From a bacterium (GTDB taxonomy: Bacteria; SAR324; JACQKK01): a DNA stretch of 64,000 bases. Numbering within the stretch: the first letter of the stretch is position 1; each line of letters starts with the position of its first letter. The notes beneath the pieces were generated by a model, which worked only from the letters and a program-made list of their open reading frames with translations, did not search any database and was not told the DNA's origin. The position numbers and the translations under genes were made by a program. Shown here one piece after another: positions 29,033 through 40,245 of this stretch. Where the stretch lies: positions 1,120,001-1,184,000 of the forward strand of contig OZ251219.1 in the NCBI GenBank assembly GCA_965240465.1, read 5' to 3'.

Positions 29033-30412
29033 TCAGCTTTTGTTTAGGGCGGTGAGCATTTCTGGCACTGATACAAATTTCTCGCGTGATTTTTGGGGTT
29101 GTCCGCGTTGACATTCTAGGGTATTTAGTTTTTGCCATTCTGGGAAGGTTATGAAACGGATGTTCTTTTTTTTCAGTAGTTGCAGGGGGGAGTTTTGGTC
29201 TGGTGCTGAGGAGGGAAGATTGCAGTTTGATTGCTGAGCGTCTTCTAGCATGGAAGTCACTGTTTCGGCAGCGTCCAGTTTGTTGGTGCCGATAACTCCT
29301 GAGGGGCCACGCTTTATCCAGCCCGCGGTGTAGACTGCCTTTAGGGGTCGGTTGCCTTGTTCGACCCGACCTTTAAGATTAGGGAGGGTACCACTACGGG
29401 CATCAAATGGCAGATCTGCCAAAGGCTGTCCGTGGTAGCCGACTGCCATCAGGGCTAGTTGCAGGGGGATTATTTCTTGGCTATCTAGGGCTTCAACTGT
29501 TCCACTGCCATCAGTTGCCAGCCGATTATGCCCCAGCCGAATGCCTTCCAGCTGATTTTTTCCCAAGAATGCTTGTGGAGAGCATAAAAATCGCAACACC
29601 ACCTTGCGTTGATGACCTACCAAAGCCTTCTTTGCGTGCTGTTGTAACCATTCCAGATTACGCCTAGGGTTCTGCTCTTTTTTCAAACCAGCCAAATTAG
29701 CAGCATCCAATTGAGTATATGACCCATCTACCTCTAAATCAGCGTTACTGAGCTCTGCCAAGCTGCGTAGCTCTGGATTGGAAAAAGAAGCCTGAGCTGG
29801 CCCTCGCCTGCCGATGACGTATATCACCCGTACCCGACTGCGTTTCAACACGGACAAAGCATGAGTGGCAATATCGGTAGTAGCCAACTCTGAAGTGCTT
29901 TTGGCTAAGATACGGGCAACATCCAAAGCGACATTGCCATTGCCGATAACAGCCACCGCTTCTACCTGCTCCAGAGGAAAATCATGCCAGCGATGGTCGG
30001 GATGCCCGTTGTACCAGCCTACAAAATCGGATGCACCGTGGCAGCCTAGTAGGTTTTCTCCTTCAATTCCCAGCGTCCGTGATTGCTCGCACCCGCAGCA
30101 AATGAGTATCTGGTGGTAGCAGAGAAATAAATCGGCAAGGCTTAAATCTTTTCCGAAGCACACATTGCCAAAAAAGCGAAATTCATCTCGTTCCGCAGTG
30201 CGATCAAATAAACGGCTAACGCTTTTTATTTTAGGGTGATCAGGAGCAACCCCTCCTCGCACTAATCCATATGGGGTGGGGAGGCGGTCATATAAATCTA
30301 CCTGCACGGATAGCTCTGCTCGCAACAAGGCTTCAGAAGCATAAAAACCTGATGGACCAGCTCCGATCACGGCTACTCGCAAAGGATTTTCTTTGGTTGC
30401 CAGTTTATTCAT
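29033..30412 (-). CDS. Ferredoxin/adrenodoxin-NADP+ reductase (FprA-like)
   Basis: VIGAGPSGFY, PYGLVRGGVAPDH, FVGWYNGHP, GNGNVALD, GWIKRGPSGVIGTN. Confidence 0.92.
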   Translation of the reverse strand: MNKLATKENPLRVAVIGAGPSGFYASEALLRAELSVQVDLYDRLPTPYGLVRGGVAPDHPKIKSVSRLFDRTAERDEFRFFGNVCFGKDLSLADLFLCYHQILICCGCEQSRTLGIEGENLLGCHGASDFVGWYNGHPDHRWHDFPLEQVEAVAVIGNGNVALDVARILAKSTSELATTDIATHALSVLKRSRVRVIYVIGRRGPAQASFSNPELRSLAELSNADLEVDGSYTQLDAANLAGLKKEQNPRRNLEWLQQHAKKALVGHQRKVVLRFLCSPQAFLGKNQLEGIRLGHNRLATDGSGTVEALDSQEIIPLQLALMAVGYHGQPLADLPFDARSGTLPNLKGRVEQGNRPLKAVYTAGWIKRGPSGVIGTNKLDAAETVTSMLEDAQQSNCNLPSSAPDQNSPLQLLKKKNIRFITFPEWQKLNTLECQRGQPQKSREKFVSVPEMLTALNKS

Positions 30413-30564
30413 GGGTGTAATTTATTGCTGGGACGGGTTATTATTTTCTGGGTACGTGGTAGTTTTGTTTTTCATCGGTATTAGAAATGTGTAAAGGATT
30501 AAGAGCTATCTCGGGAGTGTACTGGCAGCCATTAGGTTTTATCAAATTCAGCGAGGTATAAGAT

Positions 30565-32250
30565 ATGCTCTCTCAGTTGGTTATAACCAATCTAGCCACC
30601 ATAGAACATTTGCAAATAGACTTGCCTACGGGTTTTTTAGTATTCACTGGCGAGACTGGATCAGGAAAATCCATGCTGGTGGATGCCTTACGCTTTGTGA
30701 TGGGTGTACCTGCTGGGGCTGAAAAGCGTCGTAGTGCCAGTGCTGAAACCCAAGTAAAGGCAGTATTCAAGCTAACTCCGACCTCTGAGGCATCCAATTG
30801 GTTGCATACCATGGGAATAGCGGTAAATGGCGAGGTGGTTATTTGCCGCTCTTTGTCGGCTCAGGGGCGTAGTCGTTCGGTGGTGAATGACCAAGTAATT
30901 TCGCAATCGCAGTTGGGCACTTTGGGGGGATACTTGGTGAACATTCACGGTCAGCATGATAATCAATTGCTCCTTCATCCGCGCAATCATGTCAATTTTC
31001 TGGATTCATTTGCCTCCCTGACCGAACTACGAGACCAAGTAACTAAAACCCATCAAGAATATAGCCAACTGATGGAGGAACAAAAAGCCTTGAACGCATT
31101 GCTGAAAGAAAAAGATTGGCGAGAAAAAATGCTGGAAGAAACCGTGGCCGATATTGAATCCGCTTCCCCTCACACAGAAGATGAAGCTAATTTGCGCTCT
31201 GAGCATGCTCGCCTGATGCACTCAGAGCAGTTGCATGCCTATCTGGCATCGGCAGACGATTTTATTTATGAGGGTGAAATCAATGCCTTGCAATTGCTGA
31301 AGCAAGCCCAAAAATGCTTGCAGGATGCTGATCGCCTGGATCAATCGCTACGGGTGGTATCCAAGCATTTGGAACCACTTTGCTGCCAAATCCAAGATCT
31401 GCACCATGAATTAGCCACCTACTTGGGCAAGCTGGAAAATAATCCTTCTCAACTGGAACTTCTCAACGAGCAGCTAGCAAGCGTAGAAAAAATATCTCGC
31501 CGCTATGGTTCACTGGCAGAAGCCCAGCAGAAATTGCAGCAATCCCGCCTTGAGCTAAAGAAGATACAAAACTCAACTCAAGAGCAAGCTCAGCTGGAAG
31601 AACGGATCATCAAGCAAGCTACTAGGCTACATGAATTATCTAGCCAGTTGTCCCAAGTCAGAAAAGAACACGCTTCCAAACTGACCGAAATGGTTAACCA
31701 AGAACTACAAGAACTCGGCATGGAACATGCTTGCTTTGAGATTGATGTTCAACCATTGCGTCCCTCCCAAGCAGAAGACGATAACGGTAAGCCCCGCTAC
31801 AGCCCACGAGGTATGGATGCAGTGGAATTTATTCTTAGTCCCAACCCGGGCTTAGAACCGCGGCCGCTATCTCGGATTGCCTCTGGTGGCGAACTGAGCC
31901 GCGTCATGCTGGCACTGAAAACGGTTCTCGCCCAGGCAGACTTTACCAACACCCTAATCTTTGATGAAGTGGATTCAGGCATCAGTGGTCGGACTGCAGA
32001 TATAACTGGACGCAAGTTACGTCACTTGGGGAAATCTCATCAAGTGCTTTGTGTTACCCATTTACCTCAGATAGCAGCCCAAGGCGATAGTCACTTCTTG
32101 GTGGAGAAATATGTGGAAAACGAACAAACTTTTTCTTCGGTACGCAATTTATCACCAGAAGAAAAGGTACAAGAGATTGCCCGATTACTCAGCGGAATGG
32201 ATATTACCAAAAGCTCACAAGAGTCCGCCAAAGAAATGATTGGTGGTTAG
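30565..32250 (+). CDS. recN: DNA repair protein RecN
   Basis: TGETGSGKS, IHGQHD, ASGGELSR, IFDEVDSG, CVTHLPQIAA. Confidence 0.97.
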   Translation: MLSQLVITNLATIEHLQIDLPTGFLVFTGETGSGKSMLVDALRFVMGVPAGAEKRRSASAETQVKAVFKLTPTSEASNWLHTMGIAVNGEVVICRSLSAQGRSRSVVNDQVISQSQLGTLGGYLVNIHGQHDNQLLLHPRNHVNFLDSFASLTELRDQVTKTHQEYSQLMEEQKALNALLKEKDWREKMLEETVADIESASPHTEDEANLRSEHARLMHSEQLHAYLASADDFIYEGEINALQLLKQAQKCLQDADRLDQSLRVVSKHLEPLCCQIQDLHHELATYLGKLENNPSQLELLNEQLASVEKISRRYGSLAEAQQKLQQSRLELKKIQNSTQEQAQLEERIIKQATRLHELSSQLSQVRKEHASKLTEMVNQELQELGMEHACFEIDVQPLRPSQAEDDNGKPRYSPRGMDAVEFILSPNPGLEPRPLSRIASGGELSRVMLALKTVLAQADFTNTLIFDEVDSGISGRTADITGRKLRHLGKSHQVLCVTHLPQIAAQGDSHFLVEKYVENEQTFSSVRNLSPEEKVQEIARLLSGMDITKSSQESAKEMIGG

Positions 32251-32354
32251 TGTCTATAGTGTCGCAGAGAGAAAAAATGGACAAGCCACCCTGTTACCAT
32301 TTATTAATTGCGTTAGGTGTCAGTTTAAGGCTTTATGTGTAAAGGAGCAAAAGC

Positions 32355-33200
32355 ATGAAAGGAGTAATACTAGCGGCAGGATATGGCACTCGTTTTTTGC
32401 CAGCCTCTAAAACTATTCCTAAAGAGATGTTCCCTCTGCTGGACAAGCCAGCCATCTCTTTTATTGTAGATGAATTTATCCAAGCGGGGATTGATAAATT
32501 TATTGTGGTGAGTTCTCGTCGCAAGAAAGTGTTAAATGACTATTTTGACAGGGATATTGAACTTGAGCAGTTTTTGAGCGGGGAAAAACGCAAGAAGATA
32601 CTACCGCCTCAGATAGAGGTGACCTTTTTGTATCAAAGGCAGATGCTGGGGGCTGGCGACGCTCTGATGATGCTTGAACCATGGATAAATGATGAACCTT
32701 TTGTGGTAGCCTATCCAGACGATATTCATGTGGGGGTTTCGCCTTTGAGTTCTCAGTTAATGGCGATGTATCAGCGGACTAATCGTAGTGTGTTGGCTTT
32801 GCAGGAGACCGAGGGAGATATTTCTCGCTATGGGGTGGCTGCGGTGCGTTCTTGTGAGGGGATGGAGCTGGTGACTGAGTTGGTGGAAAAACCTGAGCCC
32901 GGTTCAGAGCCTAGTCGTTTGGTAAGCTATGGACGATATTTGTTCACTCCAGATATTTTCACAGCTTTGCATCAAGCGCGAGAATATTATAGCGGGGCGG
33001 GGGAGTTTATTCAGGATCAAGCCCTGCAACATTTGATAACTGAGGGCAAAATAGCGGCGGTGCGTTTTGAGGGTCGGATATTGGATGTAGGTACTCCGCT
33101 GGGTTATTTGCAGGCGTCGGTGGAGTATGCTTTAAGTCGCCAAGAGTATCGGGAGCAGTTGCTGGCTTTTTTGAAAGAGGTGTCTGCTAGTCATCAATAA
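32355..33200 (+). CDS. galU: UTP--glucose-1-phosphate uridylyltransferase
   Basis: AAGYGTRFLPASKTIPKEM, LVEKP, GRY. Confidence 0.9.
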   Translation: MKGVILAAGYGTRFLPASKTIPKEMFPLLDKPAISFIVDEFIQAGIDKFIVVSSRRKKVLNDYFDRDIELEQFLSGEKRKKILPPQIEVTFLYQRQMLGAGDALMMLEPWINDEPFVVAYPDDIHVGVSPLSSQLMAMYQRTNRSVLALQETEGDISRYGVAAVRSCEGMELVTELVEKPEPGSEPSRLVSYGRYLFTPDIFTALHQAREYYSGAGEFIQDQALQHLITEGKIAAVRFEGRILDVGTPLGYLQASVEYALSRQEYREQLLAFLKEVSASHQ

Positions 33201-33272
33201 AGTTGAGGTAGCTGGGAATCTGGGTGGGGGTGATTTTTAGCAGAGAATGTTTTTAGGGGGTGGATATAATGA

Positions 33273-34604
<1,332 letters not shown>

Positions 34605-34620
34605 TGAGGCTAGAATTGTC

Positions 34621-35187
34621 AATATGCGTTATGAATCTGCATTGTCAATATTCGTTATAAATCTGCATTGTGAATCTGCGTTGTCAATATGCGTTATGAA
34701 TCTGCATTGTCAATATGCGTTATGAATCTGCATTGTGAATCTGCATTGTCAATATTCGTTATGAACCTGCATTGTCAATATGTGTTATAAATCTGCATTG
34801 TCAATATTCGTTATGAACCTGCATTGTCAATATGTGTTATAAATCTGCATTGTCAATATGCGTTATGAATCTGCATTGTGAATCTGCATTGTCAATATTC
34901 GTTATGAACCTGCATTGTCAATATGTGTTATAAATCTGCATTGTCAATATTCGTTATGAACCTGCATTGTCAATATGTGTTATAAATCTGCATTGTCAAT
35001 ATTCGTTATGAATCTGCATTGTGAATCTGCATTGTGAATCTGCATTGTGAATCTGCATTGTGAATCTGCATTGTGAATCTGCATTGTGAATCTGCATTGT
35101 GAATCTGCATTGTGAATCTGCATTGTGAATCTGCATTGTGAATCTGCGTTATGAACCTGCATTGTCAATATTCGTTATGAATCTGCC
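34621..35187. repeat. 13-bp minisatellite, 43 full units plus a partial unit, with nested higher-order structure
   Basis: Parsed by hand in unbroken 13-bp phase from 34621 to 35179. Variants include AATCTGCATTGTC, AATCTGCATTGTG, AACCTGCATTGTC, AATATGCGTTATG, AATATTCGTTATG, AATATGTGTTATA. Confidence 0.98.
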
Positions 35188-36045
35188 ATGGACAAAAATC
35201 TCAGCCACATTTCCGACTCTGAGTGGAGGCATCAGCTGGCTATTTGGCTGGAAAATCTACAGCAGGCAGGGATGAAACACTTAAGTGGAATTCATCTTCC
35301 CCAGTCGCTGGCTACCATGAGCAAGCCTAAAGAGAAAATAGCTACGGAGGTTGCCTCGGTAGCACTGGAATCACTGCGGAGTGGCTCTAGTTTGGCTATC
35401 AAGAATTCTTCCTCTGCACCTGATAAGACTCCTGAAATTGAGGCAGATAATTTCATCTTAGACACTGGCGATAGCACCCTAGTGGCTGGAAGAGCTACAA
35501 CCATAGAGGACTTACACACCGCTTTTTCTGCTTGTACTCGTTGTCGCTTGGCACAAGGTAGGCATCAGTTGGTGTTTGGGGTGGGCAACCCTAATCCCCG
35601 CATTGTATTTATCGGGGAGGGTCCTGGTGCTGATGAAGATCAACAAGGCGAGCCATTTGTCGGTCCGGCGGGAAGATTACTCTCAGGGCTCATTTATGCT
35701 TTGGGGTTGGTCCGCGAGGATGTGTATATAACCAATGTGGTGAAATGCCGTCCGCCTTCAAATCGCAACCCTGCCGATGACGAAATAGCCGCTTGTCTGC
35801 CGATCCTCAAGCGACAGCTACAGCTACTCAACCCAAGATTGATTGTCGCCTTAGGAGCGGTGGCTTTCAAGGCACTTTTCCCTAATGCTGCAGGAATTAC
35901 TCGTGCCAGAGGCAAGCTCACTAAATTTGAACAATGGCCGCTACTGCCTACCTACCATCCTTCTTATTTGCTGCGTAAGCCATCGGCACTTGATGAGTGT
36001 TGGCAAGACTTTAGAGCAGCTTTTCAGCATACATACGGTAATTAG
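35188..36045 (+). CDS. udg: Uracil-DNA glycosylase, family 4 (Fe-S)
   Basis: CTRCRL, IGEGPG..ED..GEPFVG.AG, TNVVKCRPP.NR, TYHPS. Confidence 0.93.
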   Translation: MDKNLSHISDSEWRHQLAIWLENLQQAGMKHLSGIHLPQSLATMSKPKEKIATEVASVALESLRSGSSLAIKNSSSAPDKTPEIEADNFILDTGDSTLVAGRATTIEDLHTAFSACTRCRLAQGRHQLVFGVGNPNPRIVFIGEGPGADEDQQGEPFVGPAGRLLSGLIYALGLVREDVYITNVVKCRPPSNRNPADDEIAACLPILKRQLQLLNPRLIVALGAVAFKALFPNAAGITRARGKLTKFEQWPLLPTYHPSYLLRKPSALDECWQDFRAAFQHTYGN

Positions 36046-36081
36046 TAGTCGTGCTTTTGGAGGGGGGCTACCGCATTATCT

Positions 36082-36336
36082 TTATGCTATGGAAAGTATT
36101 TTTCTGGGGCCATTACTCGGTGAAGGTGGTTTGTCTTTAAGCCAGTTTTTCCATTCCAGCTTGGTCATGCTGATGAATGCTGGGGGCATGTCACCACGGG
36201 AGAAGCCCAGTTCAAGTTTAATTTGTCCAGCCCGACGAATTCCCCAAAACAGCTGATGATTATTAACAGCAAATGATGGAATCCGAACCGCCCGTGAGGA
36301 ACGCTGGAAACGGTGCTGTGAGAATAACTCGCTCAT
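36082..36336 (-). CDS. Small hypothetical protein
   Basis: 84-aa ATG-initiated ORF filling the gap, co-oriented downstream of prs. No recognisable motif. Confidence 0.35.
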   Translation of the reverse strand: MSELFSQHRFQRSSRAVRIPSFAVNNHQLFWGIRRAGQIKLELGFSRGDMPPAFISMTKLEWKNWLKDKPPSPSNGPRKILSIA

Positions 36337-36370
36337 GCCATGCTAAGAGCAAGAATTACACCATTTGAGT

Positions 36371-37657
36371 TTAAGGCTTATTTTTGGCTGCAATGTTTTT
36401 TGCTGCAATGTTTTTTGCTGCAATGTTTTTGGCAGACAATGAAAAAGACATCTGTCCACGCCTTAGTTGTCCGTGGCGTTCATTTCGGGAGGAGTAATCA
36501 AGTTTATAGAATTCGCCTGCCGCAGAGGCAGCTAGTGGGCTGTAATAAAGTTCTTTAGAAGGAATTCCATCTTCCAGACAGCGATGCAGGGCATCAGCGA
36601 TCCAGGCTTCTATTTTCATGACCACCATTTTTTTTCTAAGTCTGCCTTGGTCATCCCGATTAAGCACGTTGGGCAGAGTGTTGGTGGTAATGAATTCGGT
36701 TAGGTAGGGAGAGGATAGGGTTTCTCTTCCTTCTGCGGAGATGTAGGTGTGGGTACAATAAAAGAATATTTTATTTGGACGGGTATCAGGATTTTCTACC
36801 AGCAATTTAATAGCTTTGTTAATGGTGCCTCCAGTGCGTACCATATCGTCTAGGATTACAACATTGCGGTTTTTTAATTGGCAGAGGTCTTTGATGGGGG
36901 TCATGGTTACGCGTCGCTGCCCGAGGCGTTTTTTTTCCAGCACTACCAGTTTGGAATTTTCCAGATTAGTTAATTCCTTAACCCGAGCAACGAATTTTTC
37001 TGCTCCTTGGTCAGGAGCTAGAAAAACCAGTTCTTCTCCTGTTTTGCTGTTAGATACGTTGTTTAAGATAAAGTGAGCTACCAAAGTAGAGACATCCAGA
37101 TTGATAAAGGCGGGTTGCGGCCGATTATTTTGATAGACATCGTGGTAGATTTCTCGCAGGACGGAGGGTTTGTGATTATGCACGGTGACTACTTGGTCTA
37201 CCCCGCTGATGTGTAGCATTTCTGCATATAATTTGGAGCTAAATGGTTGCCCATCAAACTTTTTTTGGTCAGCAGGTAAGAGCATTTGGGGGTGGTCGGT
37301 GGAGTGCGGACCGCGATCTTGGGCTGAGAAGAATAAATCTGGTTCTACCAGTACCACTTGGGAGGCTCCGTTTTCTTTGGCTGCCCGTGCCAGCAATAGA
37401 TTACGCATGGCCAGTTCTACCCGCGAATGATGAGGAGCAGAGGTAGAAATAATGTAGACTCGTAGCCCATTCAAGCCATTGCCGATGTTTTTCATATCCT
37501 TTTCGTCCACCAGAAAACGAGGACAGAATTCCGTGTTAGCAAAATTTTTAAGAGATATGAGGTCCGAGATTTCAATCTTCTGGTGGTAGTGATAAGCCAC
37601 ATCCAGCCCAAAGGAGGAATCCGTCCAGCTGCTGACAATAATGCTAGGGTGCGTCAT
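36371..37657 (-). CDS. prs: Ribose-phosphate pyrophosphokinase, divergent long form
   Basis: FANTE, AQDR, APDQGA, KKR, ILDDMVRTGGT PRPP-binding loop, TH, TNT. Adjacent to purE/purD. Confidence 0.85.
   Translation of the reverse strand: MTHPSIIVSSWTDSSFGLDVAYHYHQKIEISDLISLKNFANTEFCPRFLVDEKDMKNIGNGLNGLRVYIISTSAPHHSRVELAMRNLLLARAAKENGASQVVLVEPDLFFSAQDRGPHSTDHPQMLLPADQKKFDGQPFSSKLYAEMLHISGVDQVVTVHNHKPSVLREIYHDVYQNNRPQPAFINLDVSTLVAHFILNNVSNSKTGEELVFLAPDQGAEKFVARVKELTNLENSKLVVLEKKRLGQRRVTMTPIKDLCQLKNRNVVILDDMVRTGGTINKAIKLLVENPDTRPNKIFFYCTHTYISAEGRETLSSPYLTEFITTNTLPNVLNRDDQGRLRKKMVVMKIEAWIADALHRCLEDGIPSKELYYSPLAASAAGEFYKLDYSSRNERHGQLRRGQMSFSLSAKNIAAKNIAAKNIAAKNKP
36387..36431. repeat. Intragenic tandem repeat, 15-bp unit GCTGCAATGTTTTTT, 3 copies (AKNIA tail of Prs)
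   Basis: Read directly. Confidence 0.92.
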
Positions 37658-37715
37658 GCTTGGGTTTAGGCGATAAACATGGAAACGAACTACATTAAGA
37701 TGGATTGCATCTTTC

Positions 37716-38255
37716 CTAAACCAGGGAGGAGAGATGATGTTTTTTGTGAGCGGCCGCAGATTTTTCGGCTTGACGGCTACGATAATTTTTTAGAGCCTCG
37801 GTAAGCAAAGGGTTTTCTACCGCGATGATAGCTGCTGCGAGCAAGGCAGAGTTAATGGCAGCATCCAGCCCGACACAAGCCACGGGAATCCCAGGAGGCA
37901 TCTGGGCGACCGAGAGTAAGGCATCCAGCCCCCCAACCTGCCCAGCATTGATAGGCAGTCCAATGACGGGTAACACGGTTTGGGAAGCCACCACCCCTGG
38001 CAGAGCTGCCGATAATCCCGCGGCTGCGATAAACACCTTTGCCCCTCTTTGTTGACAGGCAACGATAAATTTTTCAACTCGTTTAGGGGTGCGATGTGCA
38101 GAAGCTACGGCTACTTGATGGGAGATTCCCAATTCATCTAAAACAGCCACCGCTTTTTCTACTATCATCAAATCGGATGCACTCCCTAAAACAATCCCCA
38201 CTTGCACCGCCGATGGCGGTGCAGAAGCGACAACATCTTTAGTATTAGAAGCCAT
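37716..38255 (-). CDS. purE: N5-carboxyaminoimidazole ribonucleotide mutase
   Basis: GSASD, SAHRTP, AGLSAALPG, QMPPGIPVA. Confidence 0.96.
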   Translation of the reverse strand: MASNTKDVVASAPPSAVQVGIVLGSASDLMIVEKAVAVLDELGISHQVAVASAHRTPKRVEKFIVACQQRGAKVFIAAAGLSAALPGVVASQTVLPVIGLPINAGQVGGLDALLSVAQMPPGIPVACVGLDAAINSALLAAAIIAVENPLLTEALKNYRSRQAEKSAAAHKKHHLSSLV

Positions 38256-39587
38256 TCAGAATCTTGCTAGAGCTTTCTGAGCGATGTCAGTACGGTAATG
38301 GGCACCTTGCCAATGGATGCTCTTAAGGCTATCATAGGATAAATCTACGGCTTTCTCCAATGTTTCTGCTTGGGCACATATTCCCAATACTCGTCCCCCA
38401 TTTGTCTGCCACTGAGTAGTATTGTTATCAGCAGTTTGGTTCTTTGAACAAGCGGTACCCGCATGGAATATCTTAGTGCGTTCATGCTTATTCGCCTGAG
38501 TAGTGCTAGCTCGCGATCGCAGGCTTTGACCTTGAGCATCAAGCCCTGAGATAGCTAAACCAGTTTTATATTTTCCCGGATAACCTTCACTACTCATCAC
38601 TACACAGGTAGCAGATCCTGGATGCCATAGTGGTTTTATTTCCTGCAACTTTCCCGTAGCTGAGGCATGTAGCAATTCCAGCAAATCGCTTTTCAGGAGT
38701 AACATCAAGGGCTGACATTCTGGGTCTCCAAATCTGCAATTATACTCCACCACAAATGGAAGATCCCGATAAAACATCAGCCCCACATAAAGCACCCCCC
38801 GATAATCAATCCCTTCTGCTTGTAGTCCTGCCATAGTAGGGCGAACGATGGTCTCTAGAATTTGTTGTTCTCGTGACTGGGTTATCAGCGGTGCGGGGGC
38901 ATAAGCACCCATGCCACCTGTATTGAGTCCCTGATCGCCATCAAACACGGGTTTATGGTCTTGGGCCACTGGTGAAAGCGAGTAATGCTTGCCATCGGTG
39001 AAAACAAAACAGGAGGCTTCTTCGCCAGCCAAAAATTCCTCTAGCAGTACCCGATTTCCTGCCTCGCCAAACCGACCACCTAAAATTTCTGCCAGCATGT
39101 AGCGGGCATCTGCCAAGTTATGATGAATACTTACCCCCTTGCCAGCTGTCAGTCCATCAGCCTTTAGAACATAAGGAGGACGCATTTGTTGCAGAAATTG
39201 CTCGGCATTTTCCAGCTGGGTGAAGGATTTCCCCTGTGCGGTAGGAATGGAGTGCCTTTGCATAAATGACTTAGCAAACCATTTACTACCCTCCAGCCTA
39301 GCAGCGTCAGCATTGGGACCAAACACCAAAATACCTTCTGCCCGAAGGACATCTGCTAATCCTGTCACCAAGGGTTTTTCGGGACCTATTACCACCAAAT
39401 CAATCCCTTTTTGCTTAGCAAATCTAACTTGCTCCCGAGAATTGGTTAACTCAACAATCTCAACCCCCTCACTCTGGATTGCATCACTACCGGGAGAGGC
39501 ATATAATTTCTCCAAACGAGCACTCTGACACAGCTTCCATGCCAATGCATGCTCGCGCCCTCCGCTTCCAATTAACAAAACCTTCAC
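38256..39587 (-). CDS. purD: Phosphoribosylamine--glycine ligase
   Basis: GSGGREHAL, LEGSK, KADGL.AGKGV, NTGGMGAY, RFGDPE, TNGGRVL. Confidence 0.98.
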   Translation of the reverse strand: MKVLLIGSGGREHALAWKLCQSARLEKLYASPGSDAIQSEGVEIVELTNSREQVRFAKQKGIDLVVIGPEKPLVTGLADVLRAEGILVFGPNADAARLEGSKWFAKSFMQRHSIPTAQGKSFTQLENAEQFLQQMRPPYVLKADGLTAGKGVSIHHNLADARYMLAEILGGRFGEAGNRVLLEEFLAGEEASCFVFTDGKHYSLSPVAQDHKPVFDGDQGLNTGGMGAYAPAPLITQSREQQILETIVRPTMAGLQAEGIDYRGVLYVGLMFYRDLPFVVEYNCRFGDPECQPLMLLLKSDLLELLHASATGKLQEIKPLWHPGSATCVVMSSEGYPGKYKTGLAISGLDAQGQSLRSRASTTQANKHERTKIFHAGTACSKNQTADNNTTQWQTNGGRVLGICAQAETLEKAVDLSYDSLKSIHWQGAHYRTDIAQKALARF

Positions 39588-39603
39588 TTGAAAATCTCGT
39601 CCC

Positions 39604-40206
39604 TTAAAACTGAAATGGCTCTACATCCTGCCTAGGCTGCCAAAGCACCTCTTTTGCTGCCGTTTGCTGAGAACACCAGCGCGCTAACACAAATAGCCAG
39701 TCAGACAAGCGATTCAAATACATCAATGCCAGCGATTTCCGCCCTCTGGACTTGGATTCTCTCTCCCAGCGAACGCAAAGGCGTTCTGCTCTCCGACATA
39801 TAGTGCGTGCCTGATGCAACTGAGATCCCAACCTTCCTCCTCCCGGTAGAACAAAGCTCTTCAAGGTGGGAAGTCTCTTATTCATGGTATCAATGGCATT
39901 CTCCAGCCAAAGGATGTCTTTCTCTTCCAGAGCGGTAGTACACGGCTCAGATATCGGAGTAGCCAACTCTGCACCTAAGTCAAATAATCTCTGTTGAACG
40001 GGTAACAAGGCAAGTCTCAACGCCCGCGATGATCCATTGCCATCGGGTACTGAAAGCGATATAACTAAGCCCAAGCTGCTATTCAGCTCATCTATTGTGC
40101 CACAGCACTCCAGCTGCAAATCATCTTTAGCTACCCTCTTTCCTCCCACCAGACTGGTGTAGCCACCATCCCCGCTCCTAGTATAAACCCTGTTTATGAC
40201 AACCAT
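39604..40206 (-). CDS. ATP:cob(I)alamin adenosyltransferase, PduO type
   Basis: VYTRSGDGG.T.L, GTIDELNS, FVLPGG, RRAER, YLNRLSDWLF. Confidence 0.93.
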   Translation of the reverse strand: MVVINRVYTRSGDGGYTSLVGGKRVAKDDLQLECCGTIDELNSSLGLVISLSVPDGNGSSRALRLALLPVQQRLFDLGAELATPISEPCTTALEEKDILWLENAIDTMNKRLPTLKSFVLPGGGRLGSQLHQARTICRRAERLCVRWERESKSRGRKSLALMYLNRLSDWLFVLARWCSQQTAAKEVLWQPRQDVEPFQF

Positions 40207-40245
40207 TAGTTTTTATTTCAAAAACTTCCCCCTGTTAATACTCGC

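Noticed and set aside
34980-35168. Repeat-derived short ORFs (also 22472-23081 alternative frames, 27802-28118, 49132-49602, 60138-60344)
   Set aside because: They are translations of tandem repeats in non-coding frames.
34621-35187. Possible CRISPR array
   Set aside because: No unique spacers. The whole region is variants of one 13-bp unit, and there are no cas genes in the window.
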